A DNA stretch of 64,000 bases from Eledone cirrhosa. Lineage: Eukaryota. The stretch covers positions 9,362,001 through 9,426,000 of the forward strand of contig OZ024741.1 of assembly GCA_964016885.1 (NCBI GenBank), given 5' to 3'. This document shows positions 12,701-26,700 of this stretch, in pieces. A program made the position numbers and the translations under genes. Under the pieces are notes generated by a model, which saw only the letters and a list, made by a program, of their open reading frames with translations, did not search any database and was not told where the DNA came from. Positions within the stretch are counted from its first letter, which is position 1; each line of letters opens with the position of its first letter.

Positions 12701-15290
12701 AAACTAAAGGAACCACAGTGTTGAATCTAAAAGTACTACAGTGTGGAAACTAAAGGAACTACAGTATTGAAACTAAAGGTGCCACAGTGTTGAAACTAAA
12801 GATATCAGAGTGTTGAAACTAAAGGTATAACAGTTTTGAAACTAAAGGTACCACAGTGTTGAAACTAAAGGTACCACAGTGTTGAAACTAAAGGTACCAC
12901 AGTGTTGAAACTAAAATTATCACAATGTTGAAACTAAAGGTACCATAGTGATGTAACTAAAGGTACCATAGTGTTGAAACGAAAGGTACCACAGTATTGA
13001 AACTGAAGGTACCACAGTGTTGTAACTAAAGGTACCACAGTGTTGAAACTAAAGATACCACCATGTTGTAACTAAATGTACCACAGTGTTGAAGTTTAAG
13101 GTATCAGAATGTTGAAACTAAAGGTACCACAGTGTTGAAAATAAAGGTACCACAAGGTTGTAATTAAAGGTACCACTGTGTTGCAACAAAATGTATCAGA
13201 AGATTGTAACTAAAGTTACCACACTGTTGAAACTAAAGGTACCACAGTGTTGAAAATAAAGATAGCACAGTGTTGAAACTAAATGTACCACAGTGTTGAA
13301 AATAAAGGTACCACAAGGTTGTAATTAAAGGTACCACTGTGTTGAAACTAAAGGTATCAGAAGATTGTAACTAAATGTACCACAGTGTTGAAACTAAAGA
13401 TACCACAATGTTGTAACTAAATGTACCACAGTGTTGAAACTAAATGTATCAGAATGTTGAAACTAAAGGTACCACAGTGTTGAAACTAAAGGTAGCATAG
13501 TGATGTAACTAAAGGTACCATAGTGTTGAAACGAAACGTACCACAGTGTTGAAACTGAAGGTACCACAGTGTTGTAACTAAATGTACGACAGTGTTGTAA
13601 CTAAAGGTACCACAGTGTTGAAACTAAAGATACAACAGTGTTGAAACTAAAGGAACCACAGTGTTGAAACTAAAAGTACCACAGTGTGGAAACTAAAGGA
13701 ACCACAGTATTGAAACTAAAAGTGCCACAGTGTTGAAACTAAAGATATCAGAGTGTTGAAACGAAAGGTACCACAGTGTTGAAACTGAAGGTACCACAGT
13801 GTTGTAACTATAGGTACCACAGTGTTGAAACTAAAGATACCACAATGTTGTAACTAAATGTACCACAGTTTTGAAACTAAAGGTATCAGAATGTTGAAAC
13901 TAATTGTACGACAGTGTTGAAACTAAATGTACCACAGTGTTGTAACTAAAGGTACCAATGTGTTGAAACTAAAGGTATCAGAAGTTTGTAACTAAGGTTA
14001 CCACAATGTTGTAACTAAAGGTACCACAGTGTTGTAATTAAATGTGCCACAGTGCTGCACCTAAAGATATCAGAGTGTTGAAACTAAAGGTATAACAGTT
14101 TTGAAACTAAAGGTACCACAGTGTTGAAACTAAAGGTACCATAGTGTTGAAACTAAAGGTACCACAGTGTGAAGATAAAGGTACCACAATGTTGTAACTA
14201 TAGGTACCACAGTGTTGTAACTAAAGGTACCATAGTGTTGAAACTAAAGGTATCAGGATGTTGTAACTAAAGTTACCACAATGTTGAAACTAAAGGTAGC
14301 ATAGTGATGTAACTAAAGGTACCATAGTGTTGAAATGAAACGTACCACAGTGTTGAAACTGAAGATACCACAGTGTTGTAACTAAAGGTACGACAGTGTT
14401 GTAACTAAAGGTACCACAGTGTTGAAACTAAAGGAACCACAGTGTTGAAACTAAAGGTGCCACAGTGTTGAAACTAAAGATATCAGAGTGTTGAAACGAA
14501 AGGTACCACAGTGTTGAAACTGAAGGTACCACAGTGTTGTAACTATAGGTACCACAGTGTTGAAACTAAAGATACCACAATGTTGTAACTAAATGTACCA
14601 CAGTTTTGAAACTAAAGGTATCAGAATGTTGAAACTAATTGTACAACAGTGTTGTAACTAAAGGTACCAATGTGTTGAAACGAAAGGTATCAGAAGTTTG
14701 TAACTAACGTTACCACAATGTTGTAACTAAATGTACCACAGTGTTGTAATTAAATGTGCCACAGTGCTGAAACTAAAGATATCAGAGTGTTGAAACTAAA
14801 GGTATAATGGTTTTGAAACTAAAGGTACCACAGTGTTTAAACTAAAGGTACCACAGTGTTGAAACTAAAGGTACCACAGTGTTGAAACTAAAGGTAGCAC
14901 AGTGTTGAAACGGAAGGTACCACAGTGTTGTAACTAAAGGTACCACAGTGTTGTAACTAAAGGTACCACAGTTTTTAAACTAAAGATACCACAGTGTTGA
15001 AACTAAAGGAACCACAGCGTTGAAACTAAAGGTACCACAGTGTTGTAACTAAAGGTACCACAGCGTTGAAACTAAAGATACCACAATGTTGTAATTAAAG
15101 GTACCACAGTGTTGTAACTAAAGGTACCACAGTGTTGAAAATAAAGGTATCAGAATGTTGTAACTAAAGTTACCATAGTGTTGAAACGAAACGTACCACA
15201 GTGTTGAAACTGAAGATACCACAGTGTTGTAACTAAATGTACGACAGTGTCGTAACTAAAGGTACCACAGTGTTGAAACTAAAGATACCA
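9740..15290 (+). repeat. Imperfect tandem duplication, period ~2965-2966 bp (129 monomers)
   Basis: GCACCTAAAG at 11091/14057 (+2966) and TCTAAAAGTACT at 9761/12726 (+2965). Copies differ by several substitutions and whole-monomer indels. Boundaries approximate. Confidence 0.75.
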
Positions 15291-15294
15291 CAGT

Positions 15295-18200
15295 GTTGAA
15301 ACTAAAGGAACGACAGTGTTGAAACTAAAAGTACTACAGTGTGGAAACTAAAGGAACTACAGTATTGAAACTAAAGGTGCCACAGTGTTGAAACTAAAGA
15401 TATCAGAGTGTTGAAACTAAAGGTATAACAGTTTTGAAACTAAAGGTACCACAGTGTTGAAACTAAAGGTACCATAGTGTTGAAACTAAAGGTACCACAG
15501 TGTGAAGATAAAGGTACCACAATGTTGTAACTAAAGGTACCACAGTGTTGTAACTAAAGGTACCATAGTGTTGAAACTAAAGGTATCAGGATGTTGTAAC
15601 TAAAGTTACCACAATGTTGAAACTAAAGGTAGCATAGTGATGTAACTAAAGGTACCATAGTGTTGAAACGAAACGTACCACAGTGTTGAAACTGAAGATA
15701 CCACAGTGTTGTAACTAAAGGTACGACAGTGTTGTAACTAAAGGTACCACAGTGTTGAAACTAAAGGAACCACAGTGTTGAATCTAAAAGTACTACAGTG
15801 TGGAAACTAAAGGAACTACAGTATTGAAACTAAAGGTGCCACAGTGTTGAAACTAAAGATATCAGAGTGTTGAAACTAAAGGTATAACAGTTTTGAAACT
15901 AAAGGTACCACAGTGTTGAAACTAAAGGTACCACAGTGTTGAAACTAAAGGTACCACAGTGTTGAAACTAAAATTATCACAATGTTGAAACTAAAGGTAC
16001 CATAGTGATGTAACTAAAGGTACCATAGTGTTGAAACGAAAGGTACCACAGTGTTGAAACTGAAGGTACCATAGTGTTGAAACTAAAGGAACCACAGTGT
16101 TGAAACTAAAAGTACTACAGTGTGGAAACTAAAGGAACTACAGTATTGAAACTAAAGTTGCCACAGTGTTGAAACTAAAGATATCAGAGTGTTGAAACTA
16201 AAAGTACTACAGTGTGGAAACTAAAGGAACTACAGTATTGAAACTAAAGGTGCCACAGTGTTGAAACGAAAGATATCAGAGTGTTGAAACTAAAGGTATA
16301 ACAGTTTTGAAACTAAAGGTACCACAGTGTTGAAACTAAAGGTACCATAGTGTTGAAACTAAAGGTACCACAGTGTGAAGATAAAGGTACCACAATGTTG
16401 TAACTAAAGGTACCACAGTGTTGTAACTAAAGGTACCATAGTGTTGAAACTAAAGGTATCAGGATGTTGTAACTAAAGTTACCACAATGTTAAAACTAAA
16501 GGTAGCATAGTGATGTAACTAAAGGTACCATAGTGTTGAAACGAAACGTACCACAGTGTTGAAACTGAAGATACCACAGTGTTGTAACTAAAGGTACGAC
16601 AGTGTTGTAACTAAAGGTACCACAGTGTTGAAACTAAAGGAACCACAGTGTTGAATCTAAAAGTACTACAGTGTGGAAACTAAAGGAACTACAGTATTGA
16701 AACAAAAGGTGCCACAGTGTTGAAACTAAAGATATCACAATGTTGAAACTAAAGGTATAACAGTTTTGAAACTAAAGGTACCACAGTGTTGAAACTAAAG
16801 GTACCACAGTGTTGAAACTAAAGGTACCACAGTGTTGAAACTAAAATTATCACAATGTTGAAACTAAAGGTACCATAGTGATGTAACTAAAGGTACCATA
16901 GTGTTGAAACGAAAGGTACCACAGTGTTGAAACTGAAGGTACCACAGTGTTGAAACTAAAGTAACCACAGTGTTGAAACTAAAAGTACTACAGTGTGGAA
17001 ACTAAAGGAACTACAGTATTGAAACTAAAGTTGCCACAGTGTTGAAACTAAAGATATCAGAGTGTTGAAACTAAAGGTATAACAGTTTTGAAACTAAAGG
17101 TACCACAGTGTTGAAACTAAAGGTACCACAGTGTTGAAACTAAAGGTACCACAGTGTTGAAACTAAAATTATCACAATGTTGAAACTAAAGGTACCATAA
17201 TGATGTAACTAAAGGTACCATAGTGTTGAAACGAAAGTTACCACAGTGTTGAAACTGAAGGTACCACAGTGTTGTAACTAAAGGTACCACAGTGTTGAAA
17301 CTAAAGATACCACTATGTTGTAACTAAATGTACCACAGTGTTGAAAGTAAAGGTATCAGAATGTTGAAACTAAAGGTACCACAGTGTTGAAAATAAAGGT
17401 ACCACAAGGTTGTAATTAAAGGTACCACTGTGTTGAAACTAAAGGTACCAGAAGTTTGTAACTAAAGTTACCACACTGTTGAAACTAAATGTACCACAGT
17501 GTTGAAAATAAAGATAGCACAGTGTTGAAACTAAAGGTACCACAGTGTTGAAACTAAAGGAACGACAGTGTTGAAACTAAAAGTACTACAGTGTGGAAAC
17601 TAAAGGAACTACAGTATTGAAACTAAAGGTGCCACAGTGTTGAAACTAAAGATATCAGAGTGTTGAAACTAAAGGTATAACAGTTTTGAAACTAAAGGTA
17701 CCACAGTGTTGAAACTAAAGGTACCATAGTGTTGAAACTAAAGGTACCACAGTGTGAAGATAAAGGTACCACAATGTTGTAACTAAAGGTACCACAGTGT
17801 TGTAACTAAAGGTACCATAGTGTTGAAACTAAAGGTATCAGGATGTTGTAACTAAAGTTACCACAATGTTGAAACTAAAGGTAGCATAGTGATGTAACTA
17901 AAGGTACCATAGTGTTGAAACGAAACGTACCACAGTGTTGAAACTGAAGATACCACAGTGTTGTAACTAAAGGTACGACAGTGTTGTAACTAAAGGTACC
18001 ACAGTGTTGAAACTAAAGGAACCACAGTGTTGAATCTAAAAGTACTACAGTGTGGAAACTAAAGGAACTACAGTATTGAAACTAAAGGTGCCACAGTGTT
18101 GAAACTAAAGATATCAGAGTGTTGAAACTAAAGGTATAACAGTTTTGAAACTAAAGGTACCACAGTGTTGAAACTAAAGGTACCACAGTGTTGAAACTAA

Positions 18201-21200
18201 AGGTACCACAGTGTTGAAACTAAAATTATCACAATGTTGAAACTAAAGGTACCATAGTGATGTAACTAAAGGTACCATAGTGTTGAAACGAAAGGTACCA
18301 CAGTGTTGAAACTGAAGGTACCACAGTGTTGAAACTAAAGGAACCACAGTGTTGAAACTAAAAGTACTACAGTGTGGAAACTAAAGGAACTACAGTATTG
18401 AAACTAAAGGTGCCACAGTGTTGAAACGAAAGATATCAGAGTGTTGAAACTAAAGGTATAACAGTTTTGAAACTAAAGGTACCACAGTGTTGAAACTAAA
18501 GGTACCATAGTGTTGAAACTAAAGGTACCACAGTGTGAAGATAAAGGTACCACAATGTTGTAACTAAAGGTACCACAGTGTTGTAACTAAAGGTACCATA
18601 GTGTTGAAACTAAAGGTATCAGGATGTTGTAACTAAAGTTACCACAATGTTAAAACTAAAGGTAGCATAGTGATGTAACTAAAGGTACCATAGTGTTGAA
18701 ACGAAACGTACCACAGTGTTGAAACTGAAGATACCACAGTGTTGTAACTAAAGGTACGACAGTGTTGTAACTAAAGGTACCACAGTGTTGAAACTAAAGG
18801 AACCACAGTGTTGAATCTAAAAGTACTACAGTGTGGAAACTAAAGGAACTACAGTATTGAAACAAAAGGTGCCACAGTGTTGAAACTAAAGATATCACAA
18901 TGTTGAAACTAAAGGTATAACAGTTTTGAAACTAAAGGTACCACAGTGTTGAAACTAAAGGTACCACAGTGTTGAAACTAAAGGTACCACAGTGTTGAAA
19001 CTAAAATTATCACAATGTTGAAACTAAAGGTACCATAGTGATGTAACTAAAGGTACCATAGTGTTGAAACGAAAGGTACCACAGTGTTGAAACTGAAGGT
19101 ACCACAGTGTTGAAACTAAAGGAACCACAGTGTTGAAACTAAAAGTACTACAGTGTGGAAACTAAAGGAACTACAGTATTGAAACTAAAGTTGCCACAGT
19201 GTTGAAACTAAAGATATCAGAGTGTTGAAACTAAAGGTATAACAGTTTTGAAACTAAAGGTACCACAGTGTTGAAACTAAAGGTACCACAGTGTTGAAAC
19301 TAAAGGTACCACAGTGTTGAAACTAAAATTATCACAATGTTGAAACTAAAGGTACCATAATGATGTAACTAAAGGTACCATAGTGTTGAAACGAAAGTTA
19401 CCACAGTGTTGAAACTGAAGGTACCACAGTGTTGTAACTAAAGGTACCACAGTGTTGAAACTAAAGATACCACTATGTTGTAACTAAATGTACCACAGTG
19501 TTGAAAGTAAAGGTATCAGAATGTTGAAACTAAAGGTACCACAGTGTTGAAAATAAAGGTACCACAAGGTTGTAATTAAAGGTACCACTGTGTTGAAACT
19601 AAAGGTACCAGAAGTTTGTAACTAAAGTTACCACACTGTTGAAACTAAAGGTACCACAGTGTTGAAAATAAAGATAGCACAGTGTTGAAACTAAAGGTAC
19701 CACAGTGTTGAAACTAAAGGAACGACAGTGTTGAAACTAAAAGTACTACAGTGTGGAAACTAAAGGAACTACAGTATTGAAACTAAAGGTGCCACAGTGT
19801 TGAAACTAAAGATATCAGAGTGTTGAAACTAAAGGTATAACAGTTTTGAAACTAAAGGTACCACAGTGTTGAAACTAAAGGTACCATAGTGTTGAAACTA
19901 AAGGTACCACAGTGTGAAGATAAAGGTACCACAATGTTGTAACTAAAGGTACCACAGTGTTGTAACTAAAGGTACCATAGTGTTGAAACTAAAGGTATCA
20001 GGATGTTGTAACTAAAGTTACCACAATGTTGAAACTAAAGGTAGCATAGTGATGTAACTAAAGGTACCATAGTGTTGAAACGAAACGTAACACAGTGTTG
20101 AAACTGAAGATACCACAGTGTTGTAACTAAAGGTACGACAGTGTTGTAACTAAAGGTACCACAGTGTTGAAACTAAAGGAACCACAGTGTTGAATCTAAA
20201 AGTACTACAGTGTGGAAACTAAAGGAACTACAGTATTGAAACTAAAGGTGCCACAGTGTTGAAACTAAAGATATCAGAGTGTTGAAACTAAAGGTATAAC
20301 AGTTTTGAAACTAAAGGTACCACAGTGTTGAAACTAAAGGTACCACAGTGTTGAAACTAAAGGTACCACAGTGTTGAAACTAAAATTATCACAATGTTGA
20401 AACTAAAGGTACCATAGTGATGTAACTAAAGGTACCATAGTGTTGAAACGAAAGGTACCACAGTGTTGAAACTGAAGGTACCACAGTGTTGAAACTAAAG
20501 GAACCACAGTGTTGAAACTAAAAGTACTACAGTGTGGAAACTAAAGGAACTACAGTATTGAAACTAAAGGTGCCACAGTGTTGAAACGAAAGATATCAGA
20601 GTGTTGAAACTAAAGGTATAACAGTTTTGAAACTAAAGGTACCACAGTGTTGAAACTAAAGGTACCATAGTGTTGAAACTAAAGGTACCACAGTGTGAAG
20701 ATAAAGGTACCACAATGTTGTAACTAAAGGTACCACAGTGTTGTAACTAAAGGTACCATAGTGTTGAAACTAAAGGTATCAGGATGTTGTAACTAAAGTT
20801 ACCACAATGTTGAAACTAAAGGTAGCATAGTGATGTAACTAAAGGTACCATAGTGTTGAAACGAAACGTACCACAGTGTTGAAACTGAAGATACCACAGT
20901 GTTGTAACTAAAGGTACGACAGTGTTGTAACTAAAGGTACCACAGTGTTGAAACTAAAGGAACCACAGTGTTGAATCTAAAAGTACTACAGTGTGGAAAC
21001 TAAAGGAACTACAGTATTGAAACAAAAGGTGCCACAGTGTTGAAACTAAAGATATCACAATGTTGAAACTAAAGGTATAACAGTTTTGAAACTAAAGGTA
21101 CCACAGTGTTGAAACTAAAGGTACCACAGTGTTGAAACGAAAGGTACCACAGTGTTGAAACTAAAATTATCACAATGTTGAAACTAAAGGTACCATAGTG

Positions 21201-21873
21201 ATGTAACTAAAGGTACCATAGTGTTGAAACGAAAGGTACCACAGTGTTGAAACTGAAGGTACCACAGTGTTGAAACTAAAGGAACCACAGTGTTGAAACT
21301 AAAAGTACTACAGTGTGGAAACTAAAGGAACTACAGTATTGAAACTAAAGTTGCCACAGTGTTGAAACTAAAGATATCAGAGTGTTGAAACTAAAGGTAT
21401 AACAGTTTTGAAACTAAAGGTACCACAGTGTTGAAACTAAAGGTACCACAGTGTTGAAACTAAAGGTACCACAGTGTTGAAACTAAAATTATCACAATGT
21501 TGAAACTAAAGGTACCATAATGATGTAACTAAAGGTACCATAGTGTTGAAACGAAAGGTACCACAGTGTTGAAACTGAAGGTACCACAGTGTTGTAACTA
21601 AAGGTACCACAGTGTTGAAACTAAAGATACCACTATGTTGTAACTAAATGTACCACAGTGTTGAAAGTAAAGGTATCAGAATGTTGAAACTAAAGGTACC
21701 ACAGTGTTGAAAATAAAGGTACCACAAGGTTGTAATTAAAGGTACCACTGTGTTGAAACTAAAGGTACCAGAAGTTTGTAACTAAAGTTACCACACTGTT
21801 GAAACTAAAGGTACCACAGTGTTGAAAATAAAGATAGCACAGTGTTGAAACTAAAGGTACCACAGTGTTGAAA
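15295..21873 (+). repeat. Tandem triplication, period 2160 bp (94 monomers); first copy has 92 extra bp
   Basis: Lines starting 16201, 18361 and 20521 are identical. AACGACAG at 15309, 17561, 19721 (+2252, +2160). Identity ends at 21874. Confidence 0.92.
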
Positions 21874-23740
21874 ATAAAGGTAACACAAGGTTGTAATTAA
21901 AGGTACCACTGTGTTGAAACTAAAGGTATCAGAAGTTTGTAACTAAATGTACCACAGTGTTGAAACTAAAGATACCACAATGTTGTAACTAAATGTACCA
22001 CGGTGTTGAAACTAAATGTATCAGAATGTTTAAACTAAAGGTACCACAGTGTTGAAAATAAAGGTACCACAATGTTGTAACTAAATATACCACAGTGTTG
22101 TAACTAAAGGTACCACAGTGTTGAAATTAAATGTACCACAGTGTTGTAACTAAAGGTACAACAGTTTTGAAACTAAAGGTATCAGTATGTTGAAACTAAT
22201 GGTACGACAGTGTTGAAACTAAATGTACCACAGTGTTGTAACTAAAGGTACCACTGTGTTGAAACTAAAGGTAACAGAAGTTTGTAACTAAGGTTACCAC
22301 AATGTTGTAACTAAAGGTACCACAGTGTTGAAATTTAAGGTACCACATTGTTGAAACGAAATGTGCCACATTGTTGAAACTAAAGATATCAGAGTGTTGA
22401 AACTAAATGTACCACAGTTTTGAAACTAAAGGTACCACAGTGTTGAAACTAAAGGTACCACAGTGTTGAAACTAAAGGTACCACAGTGTTGAAACTAAAG
22501 GTAGCACAGTGTTGAAACTGGAGGTACCACAGTGTTGTAACTAAAGGTACCACAGTGTTGTAACTAAAGGTACCACAGTTTTTAAACTAAAGATACCACA
22601 GTGTTGAAACTAAAGGAATCACAGCGTTGAAACTAAAGGTACCACAGTGTTGTAACTAAAGGTACCACAGTGTTGAAACTAAAGATACCACAATGTTGTA
22701 ACTAAATGTACCACAGTGTTGAAACTAAAGGTATCAGAATGTTGAAACTAAAGGTACCACTGTGTGAAAATAAAGGTACCACAATGTTGTAACTAAATGT
22801 ACCACAGTGTTGTAACTAAAGGTACCACATTGTTGAAACTAAAGGTATCAGAATGTTGTAACTAAAGTTACCACAATGTTGAAACTAAAGGTAGCATAGT
22901 GATGTAACTAAAGGTACCATAGTGTTGAAACGAAACGTACCACAGTGTTGAAACTGAAGGTACCACAGTGTTGTAACTAAAGGTACGACAGTGTTGTAAC
23001 TAAAGGTACCACAGTGTTGAAACTAAAGATACCACAGTGTTGAAACTAAAGGAACCACAGTGTTGAAACTAAAAGTACTACAGTGTGGAAACTAAAGGTG
23101 CCACAGTGTTGAAACTAAAGATATCAGAGTGTTGAAACTAAAGGTATAACAGTTTTGAAACTAAAGGTACCACTGTGTTGAAACTAAAGATACCACTATG
23201 TTGTAACTATATGTACCACAGTGTTGAAAATAAAGTAACCACAAGGTTGTAATTAAAGGTACCACTGTGTTGGAACTAAAGATACCACAATGTTGTAACT
23301 AAATGTACCACTGTGTTGAAACTAAAGGTATCAGAAGTTTGTAACTAAAGTTACCACAATGTTGAAACTAAAGGTACCACAGTGTTGAAACTAAATGTAA
23401 CACAGTGTTGTAACTAAAGTACAACAATGTTGAAACTAACGATACCACATTGTTGAAACTAAAGGTACCAAAGTGTTGAAACTAAAGGTACCAAAGTGTT
23501 GTAACTAGAGGTACCACAGTATTGAAACTAAAGATAACACAATGTTGTAACTAAATGTACCACAGTGTTGAAACTAAAGGTATCAGAATGTTGAAACTAA
23601 TGGTACGACAGTGTTGAAACTAAATGTACCACAGTGTTGTAACTAAAGGTACCACTGTGTTGAAACTAAATGTAGCAGAGTGTTTAAACTGAAGGTACCA
23701 CAGAGTTGTAACTAAAGGTACCACAGTGTTGTAACTAAAG

Positions 23741-26700
23741 GTACCACAGTGGTGAAACTAAAGATGCCACAGTGTTGAAACTAAAGGAACCACAGTATTG
23801 AAACTAAAGGTGCCACTGTGTAGAAACTAAAGATATCAGAGTGTTGAAACTAAAGGTATAACAGTTTTGAAACTAAAGCTACCACAGTGTTGAAACTAAA
23901 GGAACCACAGTGTTGAAACTAAAAGTACTACAGTGTGGAAACTAAAGGAACTACAGTATTGAAACTAAAGGTGCCACAGTGTTGAAACTAAAGATATCAG
24001 AGTGTTGAAACTAAAGGTATAACAGTTTTGAAACTAAAGGTACCACAGTGTTGAAACTAAAGATGCCACTATGTTGTAACTATTTGTACGACAGTGTTGA
24101 AAGTAAAGGTATCAGAATGTTGAAACTAAAGGTACCACAGTGTTGAAAATAAAGTAACCACAAGGTTGTAATTAAAGGTACCACTGTGTTGAAAGTAAAG
24201 GTATCAGAAGTTTGTAACTAAAGTTACCACAATGTTGAAACTAAAGGTACCACAGTGTTGAAAATAAAGATAGCACAGTGTTGAAACTAAAGGTACCACA
24301 GTTTTGAAAATAAAGGTACCACAAGGTTGTAATTAAAGGTACCACTGTGTTGGAACTAAAGATACCACAATGTTGTAACTAAATGTACCACAGTGTTGAA
24401 ACTAAATGTATCAGAATGTTGAAACTAAAGGTACCACAGTGTTGAAAATAAAGGTACCACAATGTTGTAACTAAATGTACCACAGTGTTGTAACTAAAGG
24501 TACCACAGTGTTGAAACTAAAGGTATCAGAATGTTGTAACTAAAGATACCACAATGTTGAAACTAAAGGTAGCATAGTGATGTAACTAAAGGTACCATAG
24601 TGTTGAAACGAAACGTACCACAGTGTTGAAACTGAAGGTACCACAGTGTTGTAACTAAAGGTACGACAGTGTTGTACCTAAAAGTACCACAGTGTTGAAA
24701 CTAAAGATACCACAGTGTTGAAACTAAAGGAACCACAGTGTTGAAACTAAAAGTACCACAGTGTGGAAACTAAAGGAACCACAGTATTGAAACTAAAGGT
24801 GCCACAGTGTTGAAACTAAAGATATAACAGTTTTGAAACTAAATGTACCATAGTGTTGAAACGAAAGGTACCACAGTGTTGAAACTGAAGGTACCACAGT
24901 GTTGTAACTATAGGTACCACAGTGTTGAAACTAAAGATACCACAATGTTGTAACTAAATGTACCACAGTTTTGAAACTAAAGGTATCAGAATGTTGAAAC
25001 TAATGGTACGACAGTGTTGAAACTAAATGTACCACCGTGTTGTAACTAAAGGTACCACTGTGTTGAAACTAAAGGTATCAGAAGTTTGTAACTAAGGTTA
25101 CCACAATGTTGTAACTAAAGGTACCACAGTGTTGAAACTAAAGGTACCACAGTGTTGTAACTAAATGTGCCACAGTGCTGAAACTAAAGGTAGCACAGTG
25201 TTGAAATTTAAGGTACCACATTGTTGAAACTAAATGTGCCACAGTGTTGAAACTAAAGATATCAGAGTGTTGAAACTAAAGGTATAACAGTTTTGAAACT
25301 AAAGGTACCACAGTGTTGAAACTAAAGGTACCACAGTGTTGAAACTAAAGGTATCAGAATGTTGTAACTAAAGGTACCACAGTGTTGAAACTAAAGGTAC
25401 CACAGTGTTGAAACTAATGGTAACAGAGTGTTGAAACTAAAGGTACCACAGTGTTGAAACTAAATGTAACACTGTTGTAACTAAAGTACCACAATGTTGA
25501 AACTAAAGATACCACATTGTTGAAACTAAAGGTACCAAAGTGTTGAAACTAAAGGTACCGCAGTGTTGTAACTAGAGGTACCACAGTATTGAAACTAAAG
25601 ATAACACAATGTTGTAACTAAATGTACCACAGTGTTGAAACTAAAGGTGTCAGAATGTTGAAACTAATGGCACGACAGTGTTGAAACTAAATGTACCACA
25701 GTGTTGTAACTAAAGGTACCACTGTGTTGAAACTAAAGGTAGCACAGTGTTTAAACTGAAGGTACCACAGAGTTGTAACTAAAGGTACCACAGTGATGTA
25801 ACTAAAGGTACCACAGTGGTGAAACTAAAGATACCACAGTGTTGAAACTAAAGGAACCACAGTATTGAAACTAAAGGTGCCACTGTGTAGAAACTAAAGA
25901 TATCAGAGTGTTGAAACTAAAGGTATAACAGTTTTGAAACTAAGGCTACCACAGTGTTGAAACTAAAGGTACCACAGTGTTGAAACTACAGGTACGACAG
26001 TGTTGTAACTAAAGGTACCACAGTGTTGAAACTAAAGATACCACAGTGTTGAAACTAAAGGAACCACAGTGTTGAAACTAAAAGTACTACAGTGTGGAAA
26101 CTAAAGGAACTACAGTATTGAAACTAAAGGTGCCACAGTGTTGAAACTAAAGATATCAGAGTGTTGAAACTAAAGGTATAACAGTTTTGAAAATAAAGGT
26201 ACCACAGTGTTGAAACTAAAGATACCACTATGTTGTAACTAAATGTACCACAGTGTTGAAAGTAAAGGTATCAGAATGTTGAAACTAATGGTACGACAGT
26301 GTTGAAACTAAATGTACCACAGTGTTCTAACTAAAAGTACCACTGTGTTGAAACTAAAGGTAGCAGAGTGTTTAAACTGAAGGTACCACAGAGTTGTAAG
26401 TAAAGGAACCACAGTATTGAAACTAAAGGTGCCACTGTGTAGAAACTAAAGATATCAGAGTGTTGAAACTAAAGGTATAACAGTTTTGAAACTAAAGCTA
26501 CCACAGTGTTGAAACTAAAGGTACCACAGTGTTGAAACTAAAGGTACAACAGTGTTGTAACTAAAGGTACCACAGTGTTGAAACTAAAGATACCACAGTG
26601 TTGAAACTAAAGGAACCACAGTGTTGAAACTAAAAGTACTACAGTGTGGAAACTAAAGGAACTACAGTATTGAAACTAAAGGTGCCATAGTGTTGAAACT

